DNA from: Collinsella sp.
Lineage (GTDB): Bacteria; Actinomycetota; Coriobacteriia; Coriobacteriales; Coriobacteriaceae
DNA: 64,000 nt
Assembly: GCA_018382125.1 (NCBI GenBank)
Contig: JAGZQO010000005.1
Location: 11,195 to 75,194 of the forward strand
Reading direction: 5' to 3'
Shown: in pieces, positions 51,628-61,159 of the stretch
How positions within the stretch are numbered: the stretch's first letter is position 1
Layout of the letters: every line of letters starts with the position of its first letter
The notes under the pieces: generated by a model
What the model saw: the letters and a program-made list of their open reading frames with translations, nothing else
What the model was told of the DNA's origin: nothing
The model's database searches: none
Position numbers and translations under genes: made by a program

Positions 51628-52986
51628 ATGAAACGAGCCGACGAAGAACCTACACCGAAAGCAATTGAAGACGCTCTTACCCAAGACCCGCTTCACCGCA
51701 AGAGAGAAATCGAGGACTTTCTAAAGATGCTCATTGCGGTTGAGCCTCCGTATACCTTTGTCATTGATGCACCTTGGGGCTCTGGCAAGACATTCTTTGT
51801 AAAGCAAGTTGCGAGAGTCCTGCAAATGGCAAATCCGGCTCTCGATATCAACCTAGAGACACTTAACGCGACGCTAGGAGAAACCGCGACAGAACTCCCC
51901 GCGACGCCATGTCTGCCCATTTATTTCAACGCATGGGAAGACGACCATTTCGAGAATCCGATCTTGCCCATATTGGCCTCCATCGCTAATGCCGCAGACG
52001 AACAGAGCGTCAAGGGGGGAAAGGATTTCGGCAAGGGGGTCATTGGCGCCATAGAAGCCGCCGCTTCCCTTATCGGATATGGCGGTGACATCAATGGTGT
52101 CATTGAAAATATCAGCGGAACCGATTTTCTCGAACAGTACAAAAATGAGAAAGAACTTCGAGGCAAAATTGACGAACTCATTAAGACCAATCTTCCCGAG
52201 GTAGCCGACCGAGCCATCATCTTTATCGACGAACTCGACCGCTGCCGGCCCGAATTCGCAATAAAGGTACTCGAACAAGCAAAAACGCTGTTTCAGCAAG
52301 ACAACATCGTTGTAGTTTATTCGACCGACATTACGCAGCTTGCACATTCCCTCCAGGGCGTATATGGCCCAAGATTCGACGGCAGAAAATACCTCGAGCG
52401 CTTCTACGACAAACGTCTTGAGCTAAATCCGATAAAACCGGCTGATTACCTTCTGTATAAAGGAATCAATACAATGGATGGATATACCTTCATGGATATA
52501 ACCATCGATTTGCTCGGCTACAAACAAGCCTCACTAAGAGCCTGCAACAGGCTTATCGACTCTATAACAAATCTATCTAGATACATTGCTAACCACTGGG
52601 AGCACTTTGGGAATGGAAGGGTTCAGCATTTCCCAGACCAGGGTCTGCTTCCTGTAGTAAACATTCTCGCTTACTATGACCCGTTCGCCTGGCACGAAAT
52701 GAAGACCAGTACTGGCTACGAAGCTATCTACGAACTTGCGAAACACAGCGATCACTTCATCCAATATCTTGATGAAGTGATTGAATCGGTATGGGGAGCC
52801 AATAAAGATGAGCTTCCCTATAAGCAGGATATTGAAAATAGACGCAAGCGTTTTGTAGAAGATCTATCCGCGTTGATATACGGCAACAATGACAGGGACC
52901 CGCGGGTCAAAGAACTGGGCAATAGTGAACTTACCAGAATGTCTTTCAATCAGCAGCTATATCAGCGTCTGGCACCGCCATTGTAG
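51628..52986 (+). CDS. KAP-family P-loop NTPase
   Basis: DAPWGSGKT Walker A, FNAW, IFIDELDRC Walker B, YLERFYD. Confidence 0.9.
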   Translation: MKRADEEPTPKAIEDALTQDPLHRKREIEDFLKMLIAVEPPYTFVIDAPWGSGKTFFVKQVARVLQMANPALDINLETLNATLGETATELPATPCLPIYFNAWEDDHFENPILPILASIANAADEQSVKGGKDFGKGVIGAIEAAASLIGYGGDINGVIENISGTDFLEQYKNEKELRGKIDELIKTNLPEVADRAIIFIDELDRCRPEFAIKVLEQAKTLFQQDNIVVVYSTDITQLAHSLQGVYGPRFDGRKYLERFYDKRLELNPIKPADYLLYKGINTMDGYTFMDITIDLLGYKQASLRACNRLIDSITNLSRYIANHWEHFGNGRVQHFPDQGLLPVVNILAYYDPFAWHEMKTSTGYEAIYELAKHSDHFIQYLDEVIESVWGANKDELPYKQDIENRRKRFVEDLSALIYGNNDRDPRVKELGNSELTRMSFNQQLYQRLAPPL

Positions 52987-53284
52987 AGCACCGAAGATCC
53001 ATCAAGTGGCCTTGTGCGCAGCTCCATGACGACTGCATCCAGGCCCAAAGTGATAGCGCTCGATCACTTCGTCCGGAAAGATACAACCATCGCGGATAGA
53101 GGCGCATAATACGACCTGCATCAACATGAGCGAAGCCAACATGCAACAGCGCTGCCAAGCCAGACGTTAGCAAATAGGCATTGGGGCCCATGTCGGCCAC
53201 GGCGCCTAGGCTAATGCCACGGTGCTGCTTCACAATATTCAACAGTGGCTAATTAAACAAACACCGCATCCCACCAAAACGCTA

Positions 53285-53322
53285 GTGCCCAAGCCGTTCT
53301 AGCCAAAGAACAGCTTGGGCAC
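53285..53322. terminator. Hairpin between convergent KAP NTPase and helicase genes
   Basis: gtgcccaagc..gttct / agaac..gcttgggcac. Confidence 0.55.
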
Positions 53323-53395
53323 ACTCCATGAGACCACAGCAAGAGCCGCAACCGGACCTCGCGTCAGTAGCAGACACGCCCCATCCCGCCGACAA

Positions 53396-55213
53396 TCACC
53401 CCTCTCCGTCCATGACCGACCAGCTCACAGGTTCAATACCCGGAAGAGACGTTAGGCAAGAGGGGCAAGCAACCTGATAGTTCCCGTTATTTGTCCTGCG
53501 CTGCATAGAAGCGGAGACATATACCGCTTTGCGGGCGCGAGTGACGCCGACGTACAGCAGGCCCATTTCCTCAATAAGCCCGTCTGGCATATTCATCGCA
53601 TCAACGATCCGGCATCCATACGCAGAACGCGAGCATATACCAGCTCTTTCGCACCGAGAGCAAATCACTCCAGGCCAATCGAAACGCGTAACGCCCGGAA
53701 TGAAAACAGTGTCCCACTCGAGCCCCTTAGCGGAGTGAATGGTCATGATCGAGATATCTGCATCAAGGTAATCGGAGAAACGCCGCAGGGAGCCCTCGGA
53801 AAAGATGCTAACGATATAGTCGAAGCGCTCAGACGGATCCATCGCGACGCAGTCTGTTTTAAGGTGTTTCCGCAGCGCTCCAAGAAGCATGGCATAGGAC
53901 CGCCCATACTCGAATCTCCTGGAGCCAGTCAGCAGTTCATCAGAGACGGAGTCAATTATTTTGTTCGCAGCTGACCGGCTGACGCCCTTTTCTCCAGACG
54001 CTGCATCGGTAATCCTGGATAAAGTAAACGCATTGAATTCAATGAACTCTGGGTCTGTATCAGAGAAAAGCCCGTTGAAGTATGGCATCTCCTCCTTAAC
54101 CAATTCGTTCATAATGAGATCGGCAAGGGCACCACGCTTACGAACAAGAATCGCGATCTTCCCGCCACCGACTTGGATGAGCGCCGCAACCTTAGAAACA
54201 ATGGCTGTCGCTTCGTCTTGCTGTGCAGCGCCAACAAATATGGGAAGTCGGGGCGTACCGCTGACAATGGCACCCTTCATGTGGGAGCGAATCGCAGCAC
54301 CAAGCTCCCCAACAATAGATCCCCCAGAAAACCTATGATTATGTTCGAGCTCCAGCGGCGATAGACACAGGTCGGTAGTGGCCTTTGCCTTTAAGCCTTC
54401 CATTGCGCCAATAAAACCATAGACACGCTGAATAGGGTCACCGAACATGCAGATTCCTGATTTATCAGAAACCAAGCCGTTTAGAAAGATATAGCACAAC
54501 GCATTCGTGTCCTGCGCCTCGTCGACGAGCACGACAGGGTACACTGCCGACAGATAGGACCTTAACTTGGGAAAATGAGAGAGCAATTCAATTGCAAGGG
54601 AAATCATTGCAGAATATGGCAAAAGACCGTTCGGAACGAACCGATCCCTGACGATCCTATTAAAGGAAAACATCACGCGCCTCAAGTCCATGTCCTGACC
54701 GTTTCTCATAAAACGGAGGAAGTCGTCAACGGCATTCTTTTCATTCCAGGTCAGCCTGACACCTCGCGAAATCAGCTCGTCAACGGCTCCGTTGTCATCA
54801 ACCATAGAAAGCTCGTCGACGTTTACCGGGAGCGAGAGCGATCTCCAATATCTGCGCAGCAGGGCCCAAGCAAAGCCATGGAAATTAGTCGCCATGACGC
54901 TGTCCTCAAAATGCTTGGCCACGTGACCAGGAAGCGCCGACATAGTGGCGCTTAAATCAGTACGCATTCTCCGCGCGGCAGCGACGCTGAAGGTTAGGGC
55001 CAAAATCCTTTTTGGCGGCTGAACTTCGCCAGATGCCAGTAACCAGCAAGCCCGCCCAGTCATAACTGTGGTTTTCCCGTATCCTGCCGGCGCCTCTACG
55101 AATACCCTCTTCGATGGAGAAAAGATCGCGGAGCGCTGCGATGCATCTCCACCACAGCGCGCCTCAATCGCAGCTCTAACACTATCCAGCAAGTCAGTCT
55201 GGCTCACTAACAT
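53396..55213 (-). CDS. UvrD/Rep SF1 helicase (GajB-like)
   Basis: APAGYGKT, VDEAQDT, GDPIQRVY, TIHSAKGLEW, YVGVTRAR; start overlaps the OLD nuclease stop. Confidence 0.9.
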   Translation of the reverse strand: MLVSQTDLLDSVRAAIEARCGGDASQRSAIFSPSKRVFVEAPAGYGKTTVMTGRACWLLASGEVQPPKRILALTFSVAAARRMRTDLSATMSALPGHVAKHFEDSVMATNFHGFAWALLRRYWRSLSLPVNVDELSMVDDNGAVDELISRGVRLTWNEKNAVDDFLRFMRNGQDMDLRRVMFSFNRIVRDRFVPNGLLPYSAMISLAIELLSHFPKLRSYLSAVYPVVLVDEAQDTNALCYIFLNGLVSDKSGICMFGDPIQRVYGFIGAMEGLKAKATTDLCLSPLELEHNHRFSGGSIVGELGAAIRSHMKGAIVSGTPRLPIFVGAAQQDEATAIVSKVAALIQVGGGKIAILVRKRGALADLIMNELVKEEMPYFNGLFSDTDPEFIEFNAFTLSRITDAASGEKGVSRSAANKIIDSVSDELLTGSRRFEYGRSYAMLLGALRKHLKTDCVAMDPSERFDYIVSIFSEGSLRRFSDYLDADISIMTIHSAKGLEWDTVFIPGVTRFDWPGVICSRCERAGICSRSAYGCRIVDAMNMPDGLIEEMGLLYVGVTRARKAVYVSASMQRRTNNGNYQVACPSCLTSLPGIEPVSWSVMDGEG

Positions 55214-56934
55214 TCGAGCCCCACGGCCTTGCGAATAATGCTTTCGTAACATACGGGAACGCCATCGGCACCAAGAGCTTCTGCAAGGGCGACGCCAGAC
55301 ACGACACCTTTATTCGATGAAAGCCATGCATACATAAGCGCACGCGATTTGGGCGTATCGGCGAATTGCCCGTCAAACTCCGGTCCCTGAAAATCATACT
55401 CAGAGTCCGGCAAACAAACATCGTAGATAGTTCGGGCTTTATTTAATGCATTACTATTACCCTTAATGGAAGTTGCCCTCTGAGAATCCGTCGACTCAAG
55501 AAGTTCTATGAACGCGCTTTGGTTATCGCCAGCGAAGAACGCGTCAATAACCTCAGCTTCAAAATCCCGTTCAATTGTCGTTATATGGTCCCCAGAAGTT
55601 TCCGGCAGCTCGGCATCCCTGTCGACAATGGAATAATTTGGAATCTCGAATTTGCCCAAAAGTTCGCAGATCGGGTTTACGTTCTCTTTCCCGCCAGCCC
55701 TGATGGGCACAACTCCATAATCGTCCAGATCCATCCCAAGGTTGCGAGCGAACACCGGAATGGCCCCAGACTCCGTCTGCCCCTCAAAAGTCAAAACAGA
55801 CCGCGCGAAAAAGGCCTCTCGTATTGACTCAAAGTTCAGCATAAGATGTTTTTCAACCTTGTCGGACAGGTCAATATCTTTGCCGCACGTGACCCTTGGA
55901 GAAGCTTCGCCCTGTCCAAATCGCACGATGTTCTTATAGCCTCGAGCCAGAATGTTTGGCGAATGCGTCACCATGATCAGCTGAGCTTTGATTGAATCAA
56001 TCCCGAAATACTCCTTTAGAAGGGCGTTGAACTTGGCATCCTCCCCTTCGCAAATCCTATGCAAGCTCTTCGAGAGCCGTCTTTGCATATATGGGTGAAG
56101 ATGAGCTTCGGGTTCGTCATAAACCAGCACGGCATGCAGCACGCGCTTGTCATCGCCATCCGAGCAGAGGCTCTCTTGAAGGCGTTTAGGCGAAAGTCGC
56201 ATAATGCTCTCGATTATCGAAAGCGAGGCAATGGCAAGGTACTGCAAGCCTACCCCCGCCTTTTTAAAATGAACGCCCCTCTTATCAAGCAAGGTAACCA
56301 AACTTCCAAGCGTTCCGCCATCCGATGAGTCGACGCCCGTCCTCACGCCATATGATGACAAGATGGGTACGTCACCGACAATCGTACCGAGATCTGCAAC
56401 CAGACCTTCGAGCTCATTCCCGTCTAGAAAGTCGGAGACCTCTTTGCCCTCCCTATCTAGGTAAAGAGCGATGCCTTTGGCGAGAACTTTGCCGACGCCG
56501 CGCGTACCGTCAAACGCCAAGTCTCCCCTATTGAAAGATGCAGTAGAGTACCTGAACATGTGAACGGATCTCATAAAAGAAGGGGGAATCTTTTCCCCGC
56601 TTTCCTCGGCCACAAACTCTATACGAGAATCCGGATCGTCGGCAAAGGCGCAGACGGTAATAGTGTTTCCGGTCGTAGGATCGATATCGGGCCCCGATAT
56701 TCCGATCTCGTCCTCGTCCATCTTTAAAGTTACTACAGCACCTGAACGCTTTTCGGTGTCTGCGAAATCCTCTTCGCCAATCGTCGCCTGATTGAAGATT
56801 GTATTGAGCAAGTCGAGTACATTCGTTTTGCCGAGATTGTTCTCGCCAACAATATAGGTCACGTCCTCGTCAAAACTAATCGCAACACCATCGAGATTCC
56901 GATAGTTCTCAATCCTCAGTTTAGAGATCCTCAT
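55207..56934 (-). CDS. OLD-family ABC-ATPase/TOPRIM nuclease (GajA-like)
   Basis: GENNLGKT, DEPEAHLHP, THSP, FFARSVLTFEGQTE, IVDRD. Confidence 0.9.
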   Translation of the reverse strand: MRISKLRIENYRNLDGVAISFDEDVTYIVGENNLGKTNVLDLLNTIFNQATIGEEDFADTEKRSGAVVTLKMDEDEIGISGPDIDPTTGNTITVCAFADDPDSRIEFVAEESGEKIPPSFMRSVHMFRYSTASFNRGDLAFDGTRGVGKVLAKGIALYLDREGKEVSDFLDGNELEGLVADLGTIVGDVPILSSYGVRTGVDSSDGGTLGSLVTLLDKRGVHFKKAGVGLQYLAIASLSIIESIMRLSPKRLQESLCSDGDDKRVLHAVLVYDEPEAHLHPYMQRRLSKSLHRICEGEDAKFNALLKEYFGIDSIKAQLIMVTHSPNILARGYKNIVRFGQGEASPRVTCGKDIDLSDKVEKHLMLNFESIREAFFARSVLTFEGQTESGAIPVFARNLGMDLDDYGVVPIRAGGKENVNPICELLGKFEIPNYSIVDRDAELPETSGDHITTIERDFEAEVIDAFFAGDNQSAFIELLESTDSQRATSIKGNSNALNKARTIYDVCLPDSEYDFQGPEFDGQFADTPKSRALMYAWLSSNKGVVSGVALAEALGADGVPVCYESIIRKAVGLEC

Positions 56935-57094
56935 GCAGCCTCCTGACCGTTAGGGTTTATGGCTACCAATAATTTAGCACGCCTCGTGTTGTGCTAAGCG
57001 GACACCAACAGATGTTCGTTATTACTCGCGCAAAGGCCATCACAAGGACATCTTTGCTCGTAAGGCCGCGTTCTATTCCGCTTCAGTTAAGAGG

Positions 57095-58357
57095 CTAAGC
57101 ATCCAAGCCAAACAAATCCAAGCTTACAAGCCCAGACGTTTGGCTCAATGTCTCCTTAAAAGAAGTCGAAGTCAAACGTTTCTCTATATAGGCTTCATAG
57201 CAACGAAGCAACGTCTCAGTCGAAAGAACCGCAATGTCGTTTTTACGGGCAATGGTAATCTGGGTTTCAGGGAAAGGATCTCGCTCTTCAGGTTTTAATT
57301 CAATCTGTGATGCAAAAATTAGGACGCCTTTTAACTTGCTGGTGCTGCCTTCGTCTTCCATCGCGTCCGCTTTTATTTGGACATGATCATATGTCTTCGA
57401 AATATGCTGTCGCTTCAATCCACCCTTACTACCTTTAATTTCAATTAAATAGAGAGTGTCATTGTATGAGAACCTAAAATCCTCTTCCTTACAGTCTTCA
57501 AAGTCCTCATCCACCTCAACGATCTTTGCCAAAAGATGACGAGTCATTTTTTCAAGTTCAAAATCCTTGGAGCAGAGGACTGATTTAATATCTTGATAAT
57601 TAGAGAGGACTCCCTCGATTTCTTTCTTTTCCTTGTCCAGAAGAGCCATTTCTTCGTCTATCTCTTTTATTCGCGCTCTTTGGGCCGTTTCATCATGATA
57701 TTCGACTTCGTCAAGCCAATCTGGAATCAGAACGGACAGAACTACTGCCGGGAATATAGCATCAATAACCGCCGATAAATCCTCATTGGTGTTTATCTCA
57801 AGCGTTGTAGCCGCGAGGGTCTCAGATATCAGTACCGTTGAGATCGTAGAAGCGTTCGAAGTTAATAGTGGCTTGAGGGGAGAGGTGATTGGCATACTGA
57901 ACGAAAAATCAGAATGAAGCTCTTTATTAGAAACAAGAGTTATCGACTTCCCAAAACAAATACGAAGTGAGAAGGAAAACAACTCGCCTATCGGAGAGAC
58001 AGCGAAATCTTTAATAAAATCCTTTAGAGGCTTCTTTTTCTTATATCCCTCAGAATGAGTCTCTAGATTGTATCCATAAGAATATAAAAACGAATAGTTT
58101 TGCGGAAGCACAACAATGCACTTAGCCTTATTTGACTGCAGCATCATTTGCCGAATAGAGGAAATGTCCGCATGATCTTGCAGAATTTTATCGTTGGTGT
58201 AATCGCTTTTCCATAAATACTTATCCTGCAAGTCGATAACCGTTAGATCAAAAGCATCGAACGCGAGCGCTTTACAGAATTCCCTTATCGTCAAGTCGAT
58301 TGTTTCCGTAAAACCGCAATTCGATTTTTTGTAGACCAATATCTGAGTTTTCATCAC
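57095..58357 (-). CDS. Hypothetical protein with coiled coil and C-terminal PD-(D/E)xK nuclease-like domain
   Basis: ED..F...LIEIKG motif after a K/E-rich coiled coil. Confidence 0.65.
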   Translation of the reverse strand: MMKTQILVYKKSNCGFTETIDLTIREFCKALAFDAFDLTVIDLQDKYLWKSDYTNDKILQDHADISSIRQMMLQSNKAKCIVVLPQNYSFLYSYGYNLETHSEGYKKKKPLKDFIKDFAVSPIGELFSFSLRICFGKSITLVSNKELHSDFSFSMPITSPLKPLLTSNASTISTVLISETLAATTLEINTNEDLSAVIDAIFPAVVLSVLIPDWLDEVEYHDETAQRARIKEIDEEMALLDKEKKEIEGVLSNYQDIKSVLCSKDFELEKMTRHLLAKIVEVDEDFEDCKEEDFRFSYNDTLYLIEIKGSKGGLKRQHISKTYDHVQIKADAMEDEGSTSKLKGVLIFASQIELKPEERDPFPETQITIARKNDIAVLSTETLLRCYEAYIEKRLTSTSFKETLSQTSGLVSLDLFGLDA

Positions 58358-58513
58358 ACAAATCCCTTTGCAACCAGAACGGATTAGCCCTAAGTATTAA
58401 TATCACTTCAATGTTGAAGTCATCTAGCGCAATGAGTACGCGGCTCCGTATCCATTGCCGATGCAAACACAAGTCCCTATCCCCTTGGCAGGAAGGGGCC
58501 TGTGTCCACGAGA

Positions 58514-58632
58514 AACGTCATGCACCAGGCAGTAAGCGCCTGAAGCAATGGTACTCCCTGGTACTTTTGTAAAGAGCGTTGGTCTAACTCTTTTCGTCAA
58601 ACGGTAGTCTATAAATCAAACTGCCGAAACAC
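58514..58632. repeat. Diverged direct repeat, copy 1
   Basis: First 20 nt identical to 60189-60208; similarity continues for about 120 bp. Confidence 0.85.
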
Positions 58633-58844
58633 GACTTGGGGGCTGGACTCAATCAGTCCGCCCAGCAGGCGAAGGGAGCGTCGATGCATTGAATCAAACA
58701 TGCCTATGCGCTGATTTATATATAGCCCCACTGATTAAACCGAATTGCCCATCGTCTAGATACACAATAATGGACACGCGCACACCGAACCATTCAATAA
58801 TCTGAAGTAGGACCACGACCGACATGGTCGAAATGAGTTAGAAC

Positions 58845-58883
58845 AAAGAAAGGGCACTGGGGCCCGCATTAGCCCCAGTGCCC
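58845..58883 (-). terminator. Terminator of the 58965-59963 gene
   Basis: gggcactggggc/gccccagtgccc stem + TTTCTTT on the minus strand. Confidence 0.7.
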
Positions 58884-58964
58884 ATAAGCAATACCGACAA
58901 TACTGCATTCGTTATAGTGCGTCACTCAAATAAACAAATACGCAATGCCAGCTCAAGCGGCCAC

Positions 58965-59963
58965 TCATTCTTTAATCAGCTTGACGCTACTAAGCAAAAC
59001 CGGAATACCATTACCGGTATATCCCTTAGTGGAGTAAACCCTGAACTCAAGCCAATCGAAATCAGATAGATCAATTTCATTCGACGGAATGTCAGTAGGT
59101 GCGGTATTCATCGTAATGTGGTCCTTTTGCCAAATTACTTTTGAATCGGACCCATCGACAGAGCCCCTTAGTTCAAGTCTCGCCTCAAAGTCCTTCAAGA
59201 TGCTCGTGTCCTCTACGTATTCAACAGCAATTTTGCCATTCAACGAACGGTACTTCTTGCCGATATAAAATGATATAACCGAAGGAGAATCGGCACTAAG
59301 AGGGCGACCAACCCAAGTATCGTCGGATGAATAACTATTCCCGGCAGTGTCTTTCTGGGAACCTTCAATCAACTCAAAACGATCGGAAGAAGCAACCGTA
59401 AGAGAGGTCAACGCCACTTCGGAAACACCATCAAGTTCATCCAGGAGATCATTGATTCTTGCCGGATCTTTCACAATCTTCGAAGCAGCTTTCAAAACGC
59501 TCTTCGCTTCATCATACTTTTTTGATGAGACCAGCTCGTCAGCCTTGGCTAAAACCTCATCGGTGTAAGCAGAAGAGTAGTCAGCAAAAGCAACAGCACA
59601 GTCTCCAGATTTCTTAGAAGCCTTTTGCAGCGAAGTCAAAGCTTCCTCATGTTTACCAGAATCCCAGGCAGCACGAGCGTTCGCAAGAACCTGTTTACCC
59701 GCTTCCTCATCCTTAAGAGCATTTAGTTCAGCCTCGACATTCGCATAATCTTTATACGCGCTTTCGAGCGCATCATTAAGGCTCATGCTTTCTTCCACGG
59801 AATCGAAGCGTTTGGACAACTCATCAACTATCTCAGACTGACCATGCAAGTCGCCAAGATACGCTGTCAGGAGGCACGGAATTATTGCAAACAGGATACC
59901 GAAAATGACCGGATGTTTAGCATAAAATCGAGACTCTTTAGAAATGGAATCTTTATCAGCCAT
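58965..59963 (-). CDS. Membrane-anchored protein with helical repeat region and C-terminal NPCBM/NEW2-like domain
   Basis: One N-terminal TM, TPR-like A/K/E helices, C-terminal D..GN.Y...FYIGKKYRSLNGKIA beta-sandwich pattern. Confidence 0.65.
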   Translation of the reverse strand: MADKDSISKESRFYAKHPVIFGILFAIIPCLLTAYLGDLHGQSEIVDELSKRFDSVEESMSLNDALESAYKDYANVEAELNALKDEEAGKQVLANARAAWDSGKHEEALTSLQKASKKSGDCAVAFADYSSAYTDEVLAKADELVSSKKYDEAKSVLKAASKIVKDPARINDLLDELDGVSEVALTSLTVASSDRFELIEGSQKDTAGNSYSSDDTWVGRPLSADSPSVISFYIGKKYRSLNGKIAVEYVEDTSILKDFEARLELRGSVDGSDSKVIWQKDHITMNTAPTDIPSNEIDLSDFDWLEFRVYSTKGYTGNGIPVLLSSVKLIKE

Positions 59964-60188
59964 TGTCTCCCCTAACGCAAAACAAACAATATGAGTAACG
60001 TGTCTCTCAAAGGCACAAGCATGCCGGGCCACCATTTCAAAAGAAAACAGTGTGACAATCTGTGCAATCAATCGGACGAGCCGACAACCAACTTATTACT
60101 TCCGGTATTTTGTATAGCTCTATTGTTTAGCGACATGACAACCCCCAATAATCAGTTGACCAAATTCAATGGTCAACAAGTGGATGTT

Positions 60189-60308
60189 AACGTCATGCAC
60201 CAGGCAGTGAACGCCTGAAACAATATTACTCCCCGACACTTTAGAAGAGCGCAGCAGTCTATTTATTTCCGTCAAATGGCAGTCTGATGATCGAACAGTT
60301 TGGAACAC
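60189..60308. repeat. Diverged direct repeat, copy 2
   Basis: Homologous to 58514-58632; ends 3 bp before the IS256 left end. Confidence 0.85.
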
Positions 60309-60311
60309 AGC

Positions 60312-60853
60312 AGTGACGCAAAATTTCTTTCGCAAATTGACAACCGCATTGCGGAACACGGTGTGCGCCCTGTCATATGATTTCTAGCAACCAAACAGCA
60401 AATCACCGACAAAGGGACCGCGGACCGTGTCTGCGAACATAATATCGGTCGACGAGGGGTCGCTCGACGCATTGCTCGACGAGGTGACGTCCGAGCTCGT
60501 CGGGCAGAGCGCAACGAGAGGACGGTGCGCGACGGGTTCGCCGAGACGCTTGCCTACATGAAATTCCCGCCTGAGCACTGGCGCCGGATCAGGACGAACA
60601 ACGGGATCGAGCGCATCAACCGCGAGATCAGGAGGAGGGCGAGGGTCGTCGGGACCTTCCCGGACGGCAACTCGGCCCTCATGCTGGTGTCGGCGAGGCT
60701 GAAGTACATAGTGGAGCACGAGTGGGGCAAGAGGAGGTACCTGGACATGTCGAAGCTGGAGGAGATGGACGAGCTGAGGGGAAAGGCAGAGGGCTAGAAG
60801 AGGACGGGGCCGAGGACGGCTAAATCAATTTGCGAAAGTATATTGACGGTACC
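60312..60853 (+). mobile_element. Internally deleted IS256-family element
   Basis: About 29-bp imperfect terminal IRs sharing CTTTCGCAAATTGA; fused N-terminal transposase scraps and C-terminal RIRTNNGIERINREIRRR...FPDGNSALMLV (60525-60797); high-GC patch. Confidence 0.85.
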
Positions 60854-61159
60854 TCCCAAAAGAGGTTGCCGGTTTAGCGCGATGGACGCATGGGGCGATC
60901 TTTACCCACCGGATTATATCAACCTAGTGGAGCCATCTCTTTCATTACAAAACGGTCATCTACGCTCGTTCGTTCCACTGGACTACGTTCATGCTCCATT
61001 CAAAATCATCATGAACGGTTTCCCCACCAAAAACGGAAGCCAAAACGCCTTGTCAACGTGAAAACCCAGAGAAGAACAGAGCGCGGAACCAATGACGTTA
61101 ATCAGTTCGCACACAATGCAGGACAGTATTTCCCATATTCAAATGAGGTTAGCCGAAGC

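Noticed and set aside
52946..53242. 98-aa minus-strand ORF
   Set aside because: Overlaps the KAP gene end in antisense; no recognisable features
56974..56997. CIRCE (HrcA) element
   Set aside because: TTAGCAC/GTGCTAA arms match, but the spacing is 10 nt rather than 13 and the inner TC/GA bases are missing
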